In this document: positions 50,691 through 62,592 of the stretch, piece by piece
Layout: each line of letters starts with the position of its first letter
How positions within the stretch are numbered: the first letter of the stretch is position 1
DNA from: Chiloscyllium plagiosum
Taxonomy: Eukaryota
Assembly (NCBI RefSeq): GCF_004010195.1
Contig: NC_057718.1
Span: forward strand, 78,356,935-78,420,934
Length of the DNA stretch: 64,000 nt
Direction: 5' to 3'
The notes under the pieces: model-generated
Told to the model about the DNA's origin: nothing
The model's input: only the letters and a program-made list of their open reading frames with translations
The model's database searches: none
Program-made: the position numbers and the translations under genes

Positions 50691-52539
50691 TCCCTTCATC
50701 TGAAGTTCACTCGTGTCGTTGTAGGTATCTGAAAACTTTGGGAATTACAGTCACTATTCCCAAAATGCGCTCCCACTGAAGCTTTGATCACCTGGACGGG
50801 CTTCTTCCCCAATACTGGGTCCAGTATGGCCCCCTCACTCATTGGATTATCCAGATACTGTTTCAAAAAGACCCTCCTGGACACAATGAACAAACTAATC
50901 CCTATCCAAACCCCTGGCAAGAAGTGAATTGCAATCAATGAGGAAAGTTAAAACCACCCGCCACAACCATTATTTCCAAAATCTGACTAAATATTTCTTC
51001 CTCTATCTCCTGCTAGGAGGTCTGTCATACAATCCCAGCATTGCAATTGCACCCTTCCTAAGCCTGAGTTCTAACGATAATGCCTTGCTGCCCCTCCATG
51101 GTGTCCTTCATCAACACAGCTTTGATATACTGCCTGACCAGTAATGCAACTCCCATACCCCTCTCGCGTTGTCCTCTGTCTCGTCTAAAACATCAATATC
51201 CCGAGCGTTAAGCTGCCAATCCTGCCCCTCTTTCAACCGTGTCTCTGTGATGCCAACAATATCATAATTGCATGCGTTAATCCAAGCTCTAAGTTCATCC
51301 ATTTTACCTGTTCTACTACTAGTATTGAAGCAAATCCAGCCCAACCTCCAAATCTGCTGAACTCCGCAATCTCTCCCGACTGCTCTTCCTGTTGGCAATA
51401 TTTACCTTGTTCTTAGGCTTATTCTTTTTCTTACCTTATTCCTGACTCTTTGTATTGCTGCTACAATTACCACATTCCTGCCACATTAGATTAAACCCTC
51501 CCAAGTGACACTATCCAACCTCCCTGCCAAGATATTGGTGCCCCTCCAGTTTAGGTGAAACCTGTCTTTGTTCAGCTTCCACCTTCCCTTGGAGACCTTC
51601 CAAAGATCCAAATATCTGAAGACAGCTTTTTGACCACATGTTCTATTGTGCTATGTCTCTGTTCCCAGCCTCAGTAGGATGTGGAATAATCCTGTGATTA
51701 CTACCCTAAAGGTCCTGATTTTTAGTTTACTACCTAACTCCCTGACTTGTTGCAGAACCTTGTCACTCTTCCTAGCTCTGTATTTGTGCCAATATTGTCT
51801 ATTTATCCTCTCATTTCAGGATGTCCTGTACACTCTTAGACACCTGTGACCCTTGCACCAGGGAGGCAACATAGCACCTTGTGGCGAAAGAAGTGCCTTT
51901 TTGTGCCCTTACTATCAAATCTCCAATTGCTATTGCTGTACGCTTTGCCCTCCTCTCTGTACAGCAGGAACTTGCTCTGTCCTAGCTCTGCAACCTCTTA
52001 TGGTGCTACCATCCTGAAGTCTGGGTGCTCCAGTTAGTCTTCCCAGTTTTTCATCACTTTGCAAATGACAGATCTGCCTTCAACTTCAGCATTTAGCTCT
52101 AGAATTCCTTTCCTAAAACTTTCCTCTCCACATATCTCTTGTTTCCTTCAAGATATTTCTTAAGATCTAACTCTTAATCCAAGCTTTCAGCCGCCTATTA
52201 TAGCACATCTGTAGATCAGTATCAGATTTTTGTTCCTGTGCAGTGTCTCTGTTGATTTTTGTGAAGTCTATATTAATGAAAGTTGAAGAGGGGTATGCCT
52301 TTATTGAAGAAGAATACATTTAGGTTCTTTCATTGAGGATATATGTTATTCACTTGGATGCAATAATTACACTTGCAATAATTTCAATCTTTCAATTGTA
52401 TATTTGACCATAGTCTTATGATGTGCTGACATTGTTTACAAGAATGATTCAGACCAAAGCGCTGCAGCTGAAGAAAATGATACATTGTAAATGAATGCTA
52501 ACATTTCAGTTTCAATAACTTGCTTTTTTGTTGTTGTAG

Positions 52540-52689
52540 GCAATTGGTTATGCTTCTGCACCTCCACAAATTAATTCAGCAACTCAGGACGTCTACATTT
52601 CTTTCACAACCAATGTTACCTGTCAAACAGATCCTAAATTGACTTATGACTCCCTCATAGTATTCCATTGTGTCAAGGGTGTAGACTTG
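52540..52689 (+). CDS. IGF2R: IGF2R exon (~exon 36): AIGYASAPPQINSATQDVYISFTTNVTCQTDPKLTYDSLIVFHCVKGVDL
   Basis: ttgttgtag| acceptor, TTG|gtaaga donor, 150 bp, phase 0-0. Confidence 0.94.
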
Positions 52690-52964
52690 GTAAGAAATTT
52701 GCTTGACTGTTGTGTAATCAGTATAAAGTCTAATATAAATCAAAATCAAGTGGGTAACAGTCAAAGGCTTGTATTATCCTTTTGAGTAATGATTGATATG
52801 TTCTAGCTTTATGTAAATAACCAGATACAAAGCTTAGATTTTGGTGTTATTTTGTCTTTGTATATCTACACCATTACCTAATATTATGTTGTGATAATGT
52901 GAAAAGGTGATATTAAATTTCATGTGTTGAAATGCTGATCCATTCTGTGATTTCTTCTCGCCAG

Positions 52965-53126
52965 GGAAGACCAAAAATGATGAGAAAATCAGAATGTAGC
53001 TTTGTGTTTGAATGGGCAACTCCACTGGTGTGTCCAGATTCAGTGATTACATCTGGCTGTTCACTATTTGATCAACAGTTACATCACACCTTCAATCTGT
53101 CTGTTTTAACAGGAGGGAAATACCAG
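52965..53126 (+). CDS. IGF2R: IGF2R exon (~exon 37): [54 protein letters not shown]
   Basis: ctcgccag| acceptor, CAG|gtaatg donor, 162 bp, phase 0-0. Confidence 0.96.
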
Positions 53127-54353
53127 GTAATGGATTAATTATAGAAAGCTAATGCGTAACAAACTGAAGTTTAAGTAAAGGAGGCATAATATTGAAATTT
53201 ACAGACAACATAAAGATGAATGAAAGAACTAAGAAAGCCAAGGATATGGCTAAGTAGAGACCAGGTGGATCACAAATGAAGTTAATAAGTAGCAATGTGA
53301 AATGATCCGCTCAATGGTAAGATGTACAAGAGCAGGGTGAATGGGAGTGAGTTATGCATACTGTTTTAAAAATTGTGCGCTATAGTTGATCGCTTTATTT
53401 TAAAAATAGAAATGAGGCCCCAATTTTTGTTTCCTAGTTGGGACAAATTCCTACTTTGTGAAATAATATTGTATGTGGAAGATTGTCAAATGCTTTCTGG
53501 AAATTAGATACAGTACATCAATAGGCTTTTTATCCAAAACACATTACTCCTTCAAAGAATTCTAATAACTTGGTTAAACATAATTTCTTTTTCTCAAAAC
53601 CATGTTGACTCTTCCCAGTTACCTTTACTTTTATTTTGTTAAAAAAAGTACCCAGCTGATAACATCAATAATGTTTTTTTTTCCCCCTTTTTCAGACATT
53701 GAGTTAACTGACATGTAAAATTGTTTTTGGCCTTTCTCCCTTCTTGAACACAGGGATTATATTTGCTGATTCCCAGGCTAATGAAACTTTTCCAAAATCT
53801 AGCAAAGTTTGTCAAATTAGCAAAGTATTAAACCGAGGGAAGATTTAACTCTAGGATAAAGTTCATCATGACCCAAGGACTTAAACAGAGAGTTCAACAG
53901 TTTGCTTATTACCACTTCCACAGGGATTGTAATTTCACCAAGTTCCTCTTTTTGTTTTCCACCTCCTGATTGTAGCTATTATTGCACTATTTTTGCTATT
54001 CTCAAATGAAGAGAAGTAAAATATCTAATCATTGAATATGCCATTTCCTTATTAACTCCCTATTCTCTTTTTCAAGAAAACCAGCACACTTGTTCTTTCC
54101 CTTTTTTTAAATGACTAAAGACTCTCTCGCTATCATTTTTACTCCCTATTGTGCTTCCACTTTTGGTTTCCTGAGGTTTTAGTTTAGTTCTTCCAATTTA
54201 ATTTTAACTAACAAGTCACTACTGGAAGGCAATATGGTGTCTGATTTTTAACATACGGGCAATATTTGAATATGAAAAGTCTCTTTCATGCAGAATAGTC
54301 TCATTAATTTGCTATCATAACACAACTAATTGACACTATTCATGATCCTTCAG

Positions 54354-54555
54354 GTCAACTTTAAAGGAAGGACCTATCACCTTAATATATGTGCAGCAGT
54401 AACGGGTGTACCTGACTGTAAAAACAGCGCTGTCTGCTTGGTCTCGGGTAACGAAGCAGCATCATTTGGAAATCCAAAAGCAATGACCCTGGAATACAAA
54501 CACCAGGATCAGGCCTTGATGTTGTATTATAGGAGTAGTGATCTGTGCCCAAAAG
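54354..54555 (+). CDS. IGF2R: IGF2R exon (~exon 38), domain 13: VNFKGRTYHLNICAAV...YKHQDQALMLYYRSSDLCPK
   Basis: ccttcag| acceptor, AAG|gtaaga donor, 202 bp, phase 0-1. Confidence 0.95.
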
Positions 54556-54604
54556 GTAAGAGACATTAATTTAGTTTGGTTGCTTGTCTCTTGTGTATAA
54601 AATA

Positions 54605-54938
54605 AGAATCCCTACAGTACGGAAACAGGCCATTTGACCCACTGAGTCTACAGTGACCCTCCAAAGAGTATCCCCTCAGAGCCACCCTCTACCCTATCCC
54701 TGTAATGCTGCATTTCCCATGGCTAGTCCACCTAACCTGCACATTATGAGCAATTTAGCATAGCCAATCCAGCTAATCTGCACGTTTTTGGACTGAGGCC
54801 ATCAGAGCATCCTGAAGATACCCATGCCAATACTGGGAGTGCATGCAAACTGCGCACAGACAGTTGGTTGAGGCTAGAATCGAACTCCGGTCCTTTGTGC
54901 TATGAGGCAACTGTGCTAACTACTGAGCCACCATGCAG
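54605..54938 (-). mobile_element. Diverged HE1-like SINE
   Basis: Same blocks as 38257-38564. Confidence 0.7.
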
Positions 54939-55339
54939 CCTGTGTTCTGAGTTAGCTGACCTTTAACCAGGATAGAATTAAAGGATGCTGCAATTTGCTT
55001 CACAATCCTGGGCTGAAGAAATTACACATTTGGCATGGTTCCTGCTGAAAGTGCCTTTGTGAATTTCCAGTACGTCCATGAGCTGAGTGCATTATAATGC
55101 TGTCCATAATTGAATGGATGGACATGGTCTTTGTTTCCACTCATGTATAAAGATGACCAACTGGGTGAGCAAAAAAATGGGAGCAAGAAAGAACAGCAGG
55201 TAACAGACCATGATAGGAGTTAAGCTTTTTTTTTTATTTAAGCATCACCTAAAGAAATTGATGATGCTTTAGGATGGAGTTTAGACTATATCTCTCTTGT
55301 GGAAGTGACTTAGTGCCTTTTCTTCGATGCCTTTGACAG

Positions 55340-55486
55340 TAACTGAAAGAGGAGAGCTTTGCAGATTCCCTTTCATATTTCTTGGGAACTCCTACAGTGA
55401 GTGTACAACAGATGGGAAAACAGATGGATTTCTGTGGTGTTCAACAACTAATGACTATTACAAGGACAAAGCATGGGGCTTCTGTA
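55340..55486 (+). CDS. IGF2R: IGF2R exon (~exon 39), fibronectin type II insert: [48 protein letters not shown]; 3' end uncertain (55486 or 55492)
   Basis: Classic FnII signature (CxFPF, YxxC, WCSTT, WGFC) and a good acceptor ctttgacag|. Only a weak in-phase donor, A|gtaatg, is present. Confidence 0.85.
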
Positions 55487-55613
55487 GTAATGAAATGTAA
55501 TAGTAACTGTATGTCTTTGTATACAAGTGGTGAATGTTTAAAATGACTGCCAGTTATTTTAATTTCTTGCAGTTTGTTTTAAATGAACTTTTTTAAATAT
55601 TCATTGGCATCAG

Positions 55614-55848
55614 GAACAGCAACTCGGAGATCAACAGTCATCTTCAGATGTGATGAAACAGCTGAAAATGGAAACCCCGAAGTGCTGAGTGAGATCCTTG
55701 GTTGCTCAACAACTTTTGAATGGAAGACTAGCGTTGTTTGTCCACCCAAAAAGATGGAATGCAAGATAGTTTACAGGCATAAGACCTATGATTTAAGAAT
55801 GCTTTCTTCCCTTACTGGATCATGGAAGTTTACATCGAATGGTGATAC
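55614..55848 (+). CDS. IGF2R: IGF2R exon (~exon 40): [50 protein letters not shown]...[13 protein letters not shown]...NGDT
   Basis: catcag| acceptor, AC|gtaagt donor, 235 bp, phase 1-2. Confidence 0.94.
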
Positions 55849-55889
55849 GTAAGTTATGGTTTTCTCACTGTTTTATAGAGGTTGCTTCT

Positions 55890-56341
55890 GTTTTTGTATA
55901 AGTTGAAACTTTATTGCTGGAACAGCACAGCAGGTCAGGCAGCATCCAGGGAACAGGAGATTCGACGTTTCGGGCACAGGCCCTTCTTCAGGAATGAGCA
56001 GAGAGTGTTCAGCAGGAGAAGATAAAAGGTAGGGAGGAGGGACTTGGAGGAGGGGAGTTGGAAATGTGATAGGTGGAAAGAGGTCAAGGTGAGGGTGATA
56101 GGTCGGAGTAGGATGGAGGCGGAGAGGTCAACAAGAAGACTGCAGGTGAGTTGAAATGCTGTGCCACAGGTTGGTTGGGTTGGTTCGTCCGGGTGGCCCA
56201 GAGGTGCTCTCTGAATCGCTCCGCAGGTAGGCGGCCTGTCTCCCCAATATAGAAGAGGAGGCCCCGGCTGCAGCGGATGCAGTAGATGATGTGGGTGGAG
56301 GTGCAGGTGAATCTGTGGCGGATATGGAAGTTTTTGTATAA
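55890..56341 (-). mobile_element. Penelope-like family B 3' fragment with 12-bp TSD
   Basis: Reverse complement of ~4385-4810; TSD gtttttgtataa at 55890-55901 and 56330-56341. Confidence 0.88.
55960..55995 (-). ncRNA. Minimal hammerhead ribozyme motif, family B
   Basis: Minus strand reads attc-CTGAAGA-a-gggc ctgt gccc-GAAACGTC-gaat, identical to 4718-4753. Confidence 0.8.
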
Positions 56342-57867
56342 TCCTTACACTATAATTGCCATATCAAAATGTATTAAGTAGTTAATATTTAAATTCATAC
56401 TGAACTATGGAAACCACTTGATGAATAGCTGAATCATACAGGAAGGTTCGAGATTTGGATTTCTAGTTTGTGCGGTTTTCAAACCTTGAAGGGTCAAAGG
56501 TAGAACTGCACTGGTTTGATGACCCATGTGTTTTTGAAAAAAAGGTGGCTTTTGCTCTGAATATCTGTTCACCTCTTTACTGCGATTGCATTTATGTCAG
56601 TCGAACTTCAGCACAGTCCAACTTTGCAGTGCTTGCATCTCTTTGCACAGCATTTGGCTAATATTACTTGCTGCCATCTTGGACACTTGATTAATAATAA
56701 CGCAAACATGATGCTCTGTACCTGTGAAACAGTACTTCAGTCAGAAGTGAACCATTTTGTGGAAAGTGGGGAAAGCTGATTAAGAAAAAGACAAGTTTTA
56801 AGGAAAGGAAGTGGGTTGACCTGCAAATGCTAATTTATAAACCTTCTCAATGATTTGTGGACTTGAGCAAAAAGATGAGATTTTGTTTATTTTATAAGTG
56901 AATTTCAGTATACAGAGCTATCCTGACCCTGTTAGAAGTCGTTGGTAATACATCAATTTTTGTAGAGCCAGCACTAGGGCTATCACAAGCCATTGAAATG
57001 TTAGAGCCCATATATTTGTTACAATAACTTGCGTTTTTTTCTTCCCTCCTTCCTGATCTCTTCCCTCAAATCTGAATATGTAATATTCCATCCTTCCTTT
57101 GGAACACTAGGAGGATGATCTCAACCATAGAATACGCCGTTACAGAACTGCCATACTCAAGATTAGCAAATCCAGTCAATTATAGGGCTGTAGCTTTTGA
57201 AGAATGACAAGTAGGTGGTAAAGGAGAATGTGAAGACAATAGGGTAATTTGTAGTGTCTTTGCTCTGTTATTTTACTCTTGGCCTTGGTTTTGTGCAAGC
57301 TACACTTAATGGGCTAAATAACCAAAGTGATTTGGTTCTGTGTAATGTTTGAAGTATTTGTAGGTTGAAAGCCCAAAATATTTTGAGCCTGAAGGTAGTG
57401 TTTGACTTTTCCTATTTCCTGAACTGTTAACCTAGAGGCTACTTCAGTAATATCTGAATTTCTGCTGATACAATTGTGAATTTTGCCACTTTGCAGAAAC
57501 AATTATTGAATGCCTGTTGTCTAATAATCTCAAACACTGATCGGCATGTTTTGGAGCCACTGTTGGTAATCCAGTGTACAACAAACAAGACTGATTTAGT
57601 TAAACATTACTTTGCACTATTGCTTTTTGTCTTTTTCAATAGTGTTTGAGATTCTTCCCAAAATTGTGTTTACTACACATTTTACCAAAATAAGCTATTG
57701 TAAAATTGTAGAGCTTTGAATTGTTTCAACATAGGTTATTTGGCCCATCAAATGCAACTCTTCTTTAGTTGCTACTCCCCCACTCTGATAACTTGCAAGG
57801 TTATTAGCAACTTCTCTTTCGAAAACTGATTTAAATAGTTAAAAATCACACAATTGTGTCCTCCTCC

Positions 57868-57946
57868 ATCACCTGATGAAGGAGCAGCGCTCCGAAAGTT
57901 GGTGCTTCCAATTAAACCTGTTGGACTATAACCAGGTGTTGTGTGA
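57868..57946 (+). mobile_element. Short family A Penelope 3' fragment with decayed hammerhead
   Basis: cacctgatgaaggagcagcgctccgaaagttggtg...ggactataaccaggtgttg matches 1494-1565. Confidence 0.75.
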
Positions 57947-58419
57947 GCTAAATATGCCTCCACTCACTATCCTAATTACGTGCTGCTTAAAAGGTTTCTC
58001 AAGTCAACTTTGATTCTTTTGCCAATCACCTTGGAAAAATGGAAAGAGAGCAGAGTTTTGTTTCTAGTCTGGTGACTTCAACAGAGCTGCTAGCAGCTAG
58101 GCTAATGTGGTATTATAGTGAAGTCATTGGTAGCTGGGAGGAGGGTGCAAGAGATGAGAGTCAATGGTTGGAGATTAAGTGCAGAAAGAAAAATTTGAAA
58201 GTTGTCAGATTATCAAGGAGATTGTTGATAGCAAGTCAAGACAGAAGAAAAGGTGAATATGATAATCAAAGCCAAGAGAAAGCATGAGTTGTACGGAATG
58301 TCGTCTGTATAATGTGACAATAGGTTCAGAGGTAGGTTAGAATGGATGACTGCTGATAGCAACCAGTGCCAAAACACACCAGGTGCGGAGTGTGTGAAAA
58401 ACATAAGGACAGAATCAGG

Positions 58420-59400
58420 CTCTAAAGTTACTCATTATGGAGTCCTAGAGGCTGCTGGGTCCCACAATCAAAAATCAGATGTTTTTCAAGCTTGCACTGA
58501 GGCTGCCTGGAGTACTGCAGCAGAAATGTTGGCATCGGAACATGAAGTGACAGGTCACTGAAAGTTCAGGGTCATTTTTGGGGACAGAATGCAAGGTGGT
58601 CACCCAGTCTGCATTTCTTCGCCCCATTGTAAAGGAGACAGTGTTGTGAACAGCAGATACAGTAGACTAGACTGAATGAAGGAGCAGGAAAATTGAAGTT
58701 TCGGGCAAAAGGTTGATTTCCTGCTCAGATGCTGCCTGACCTGCTGTGCTTTTCTAGCACCGCTCTGATCTAAACTCTGGTTTCCAGCATCTGCAGTCCT
58801 CACTTTTACCTAGACTGAATGAAGTATAAATAAATTGCTGCTTCACCTGGAAAGTGTACCTATGGCCTTGGGTAATGAGGAGGGAGGAAGTAAATGAGCA
58901 GGTGTTACTTCCGTGCATCTTCCCATGCAATGACAGAAGATCATTGCATGGGAAGGAAATGACAGAAGGAAATGTTAGAAATGGAGGAATGTACCCATGT
59001 GTCCTGGTCAGAGTTTCAATGGAATGCTGACAAGGGAGACGAATATGTTTCTGGTTGAGGCCTTCCATTGGAGGTGATGCAAATGGTGGTTTACAATCCA
59101 TTGGATGTGGAGGCTGGTGGGGTAATAAGTGAGGACCAGGTGACGCACTCATTGTTCTGGGAGGGAAGGGGAAAAGGTGAGGGCAGAAGTGGGGAAGATG
59201 GATCAAGCACAGCAAAGGGTCCTATTGACTATGGTAGCAGAAAATCGCTGGTTGAGGAAAAGGTGGATGTTTGAGGCCCCTCTATGGAAGTTGACATGAT
59301 CAAAACAAATACGAGAGAGAAACTGGGAGAATGGGATGGTGTCTTTTAAGGAAGCAGGATGTGAAAATGTATTGTCTAGGTAATTGTGCGAGTCTGGTTT
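58420..59400 (-). mobile_element. Old Penelope-like fragment with a nested short family B insertion (TSD ctagactgaatgaag at 58667-58681 and 58810-58824)
   Basis: Minus strand LVLTYYPTSL and FQVKQQF.YTSFSLV-like remnants. Confidence 0.6.
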
Positions 59401-59648
59401 TGTTTATGGGAGGTGGTCTCTTTAGGTTGAACTATAAGATTGAAGAGTGTGATAGTGGATAATGGATAGTTGAAAGGATGTTTCCACCTTGAGGAATCTA
59501 GAACAAGGAGGCAATGGTTGAAAGTACAGGATTTCCCAAGTGAGATTGAGGTTGAGAATCAGGTGATCAAATTAGATCGTATAGGCTCCGGTTGAGATAC
59601 CAGTTTCTATTCCTTAAATTATGAATTCATTTTAATTTTATCTTTTAG

Positions 59649-59785
59649 GTATTACATGAATCTTTGTCAAGGTGTTCGTGAAGGACCCACGGGCTGCCCT
59701 TCATATGCTAGCATGTGCAGAAGGAATAAAAATGGTAAAACCCAAATATTGGGGCTGGTTCACACCCAAAAAATCGACATTCAAG
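59649..59785 (+). CDS. IGF2R: IGF2R exon (~exon 41): YYMNLCQGVREGPTGCPSYASMCRRNKNGKTQILGLVHTQKIDIQG
   Basis: tcttttag| acceptor, AAG|gtatga donor, 137 bp, phase 2-1. Confidence 0.95.
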
Positions 59786-61145
59786 GTATGAAGTCTGATC
59801 ACTTAACATGATGAAGTGCAAGTAACTATTGACAAATGATTCAAATTATTTCTGTAGTCCTGTACTATTTTTAATAGGATATCTAGTCTAGAGCAGGATA
59901 GTTAGGTTAGATTACTTGTGGTAGTCAGCTTCTCCTGAATCTGACTGTTTGATGTTGTATTACGTTGATTTAATAAAGAAAAGCAAACCATATCCAGCAC
60001 TTGAATATCCACTGCCTGTTCCTGTAGTCACAAGGTACAGTATTATTGCCCTAACCTAAGTATGATCTTCACATGGTGTGGTTTGTCTGAGAAACGTGTT
60101 TGTTGATGCAAACTGTTTAGAAGTTCATACAAGGAAGAAGTGTAATATTTTATTTCCTTTTGCTTGCTTCTCTCAGGCAAATATCATTTTCTTTCATTTG
60201 ACTCTCCTGGATTGTCATTTAAAACAAATGCCCAAGTCTGCACTCATGCAAACAGAAAACATCACTTTTTCTTAACTTAACTAACCCTGATAATTTTACA
60301 ATATTCTCTTGTATTGATGGTTCTATATAATTTTGTAATGTGGTTGTATCTCAAATGGTCAGTTTGTTTTTTTTCTTTGTCATTTACATTTTAGGGAGAA
60401 GTAAGGGTAATTTTAATGTAAACTACATAATTGCAGTTTAGCAAAATTAGAGCTTTACTAATTGCCTAAATGTCTGTGTCACACCAAATTCAGTCCCTTA
60501 GTTAGATACTGGAGGCCATTGTTATATCCCATGTATGGAGAAAGTGAGGACTGCAAATGCTGGAGGTCAGTTGAAAAGTGTGGTGCTGGAAAAGCATAGC
60601 CAGTCAGGCAGCATTCGAAGAGCAGGAGAGTTGATGTTTCGAACAAAAGCCCTCGTTCCTGATGAGCTTTTGCTCAATGTCAACTCTGCTACTCAGATGC
60701 TGCACTTATCGCATGTGTGCCTGTTGACAGTATTACATTACCAAGTTCCATATCTTTAATGTTTTTTTGGAAATACATATTTTGAAACTTAAAGTGTAAC
60801 ATTTTGGTAAGTTTTGGGGTTTTGAGCAAAGAATGTTACCTTTTATTATGTACTCAGCTGGGTTAAATGTGTAGAAGCTCTTTGCTTAATCTAAATATAA
60901 TCTAATTGTTTGTTTCTCTGGTTGAGTCTGTCACCTAGTCATGTCAGTCAGCTGAGTTTATTTGCCCAGTTCTCTAGACAAGGTGGGTATTTGTAGCCCA
61001 AAACAATGGGACCTAGATTATGTTCTTGACAGTATCTAGCAGTTTCACGTGTTAACAAATAGACAAGTGAACACTCTAACATGATACCTGAAAAATATTT
61101 TGCTTGATAATTCTAAAAGCTTTCATCTCAATCACTTATTGCCAG

Positions 61146-61263
61146 GTGCAAATCTTTTTGTGAATTATTCAAGTGGGTATTTTACATGTGGTACAGGAAA
61201 ACACGCAAAGACGACAATTCGCATGCAATGTTCATCAACAAGTGGAGCACCAGAGCTGGAAAG
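61146..61263 (+). CDS. IGF2R: IGF2R exon (~exon 42): ANLFVNYSSGYFTCGTGKHAKTTIRMQCSSTSGAPELES
   Basis: ttgccag| acceptor, AAG|gtgagg donor, 118 bp, phase 1-2. Confidence 0.9.
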
Positions 61264-61990
61264 GTGAGGAGACCCATATTCCCATTGCTTGAATTATTGT
61301 GGAAGTCTGGTATCTTGTATAGTTGGGACCTCTAATTCCATGCATTATTGACATCGCCGAAATACTGGAAGAGCAGACTAAGGCAAGAAAAAGGGAAGGG
61401 TAATATATGTGGCTGGCTCCTCTTGTACATCCCAAAATCAAGACCGTGCACTGTTCATCCATTCACCCTGAGAAAGGCAAAGTTAACACCCCTATAGAGA
61501 TATTGAGGAATTACCATCAAAATATTGCCAATAAGTTTTGTACGTGTTTGCTTGTATTGGAATTCAACGTAAATTTAATGTTAAATGATTCCTGTGTACT
61601 TAATTAATGCCTATTAACCAGCTTGAAACTAGGTTTGTCTAAAATCGTAGCTAGGCCCCAAGAATTGTTTTCACTGGTGCCTGTGTAACCGGTCAAGTTT
61701 TGAAGGAAATTTTAAAGGAAGTGCATTGATTCAAGAAGGCAGCTCATCACCACCACCTCCTGAGCAATGAAGGAGGGGCAGCAAATGCTGGCCAAGTCTG
61801 CAATGCCTGTATTTCCTTGAAAGATTTAAAAACCATTTTGGGTTGAGAAACAAAATATTCTAATTGTGCCAGCATGTTTTAATCTTTGGGTCCACAATTT
61901 TTGAATATTGTCCAAACATTTATTTTGCATGTTTGCATTATCCTGTATGTACTTGACCAATGTAACATTTGTTGCGGTTATTCTTTCTAG

Positions 61991-62134
61991 CTTTGATGAA
62001 AAGGAGTGTGAGTTTTTAATTGTATGGGAGACCCGTGCAGCTTGTGCTGTGAAACCTCAAGAGGTTTACATGGTAAATGCAACCATTACAAGCCAGAATG
62101 GCCAGAAAGCCAATTTGTCAACTATTTATTCGAA
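61991..62134 (+). CDS. IGF2R: IGF2R exon (~exon 43): FDEKECEFLIVWETRAACAVKPQEVYMVNATITSQNGQKANLSTIYSK
   Basis: ttctttctag| acceptor, AA|gtaagt donor, 144 bp, phase 2-2. Confidence 0.95.
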
Positions 62135-62592
62135 GTAAGTAATGTACATCTTGATAAGTTTTTGGTATTTTTAATTCAACTTGCATTTGTTTGTGCACAT
62201 AGTTTACCAGCGACAAAAAATGAAATTGCTGGAAAAGCTCAGCAGGTCTGGCAGCAGATGTGAAGATAAACCAGTTTAATGTTTCTGGTCTAGTAACCTT
62301 TCCTCAGAGGTTTGCCATCTGTTGATATGGACAAGACCTGTTTTAACATAGTGCCTCTTTTAAAATAAGCTAACTTTTTAAAATATGAAAGATGTGCTTT
62401 AAGAAAAAATGTTCTTTATCCCGATAAGCTTTTGTAAGCATTCAAATTATTGGAACAAAATGTAACACTGATATGATTAACTTTCCATGTTGATTTACCC
62501 ATTGAGGGAGCTGTTTTATTTTAAATTAGTTTTGCTAATTGGCAATCATTGCTCTTTCAACATATTGCTGTCAATTCTTGCTGTCTTTACAG

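Larger units (their letters stand above)
44440..52040 (-). mobile_element. Older CR1 LINE (endonuclease at ~50700-51400, RT to 3' end at 44440-46540) split by a younger CR1
   Basis: YDIVGITETRL..GQDWQLN and EGAILDPVLG on the right; RSCLTNF, YINDLEENVGGLISKF and WQMVFNPDKCE on the left. Confidence 0.75.
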
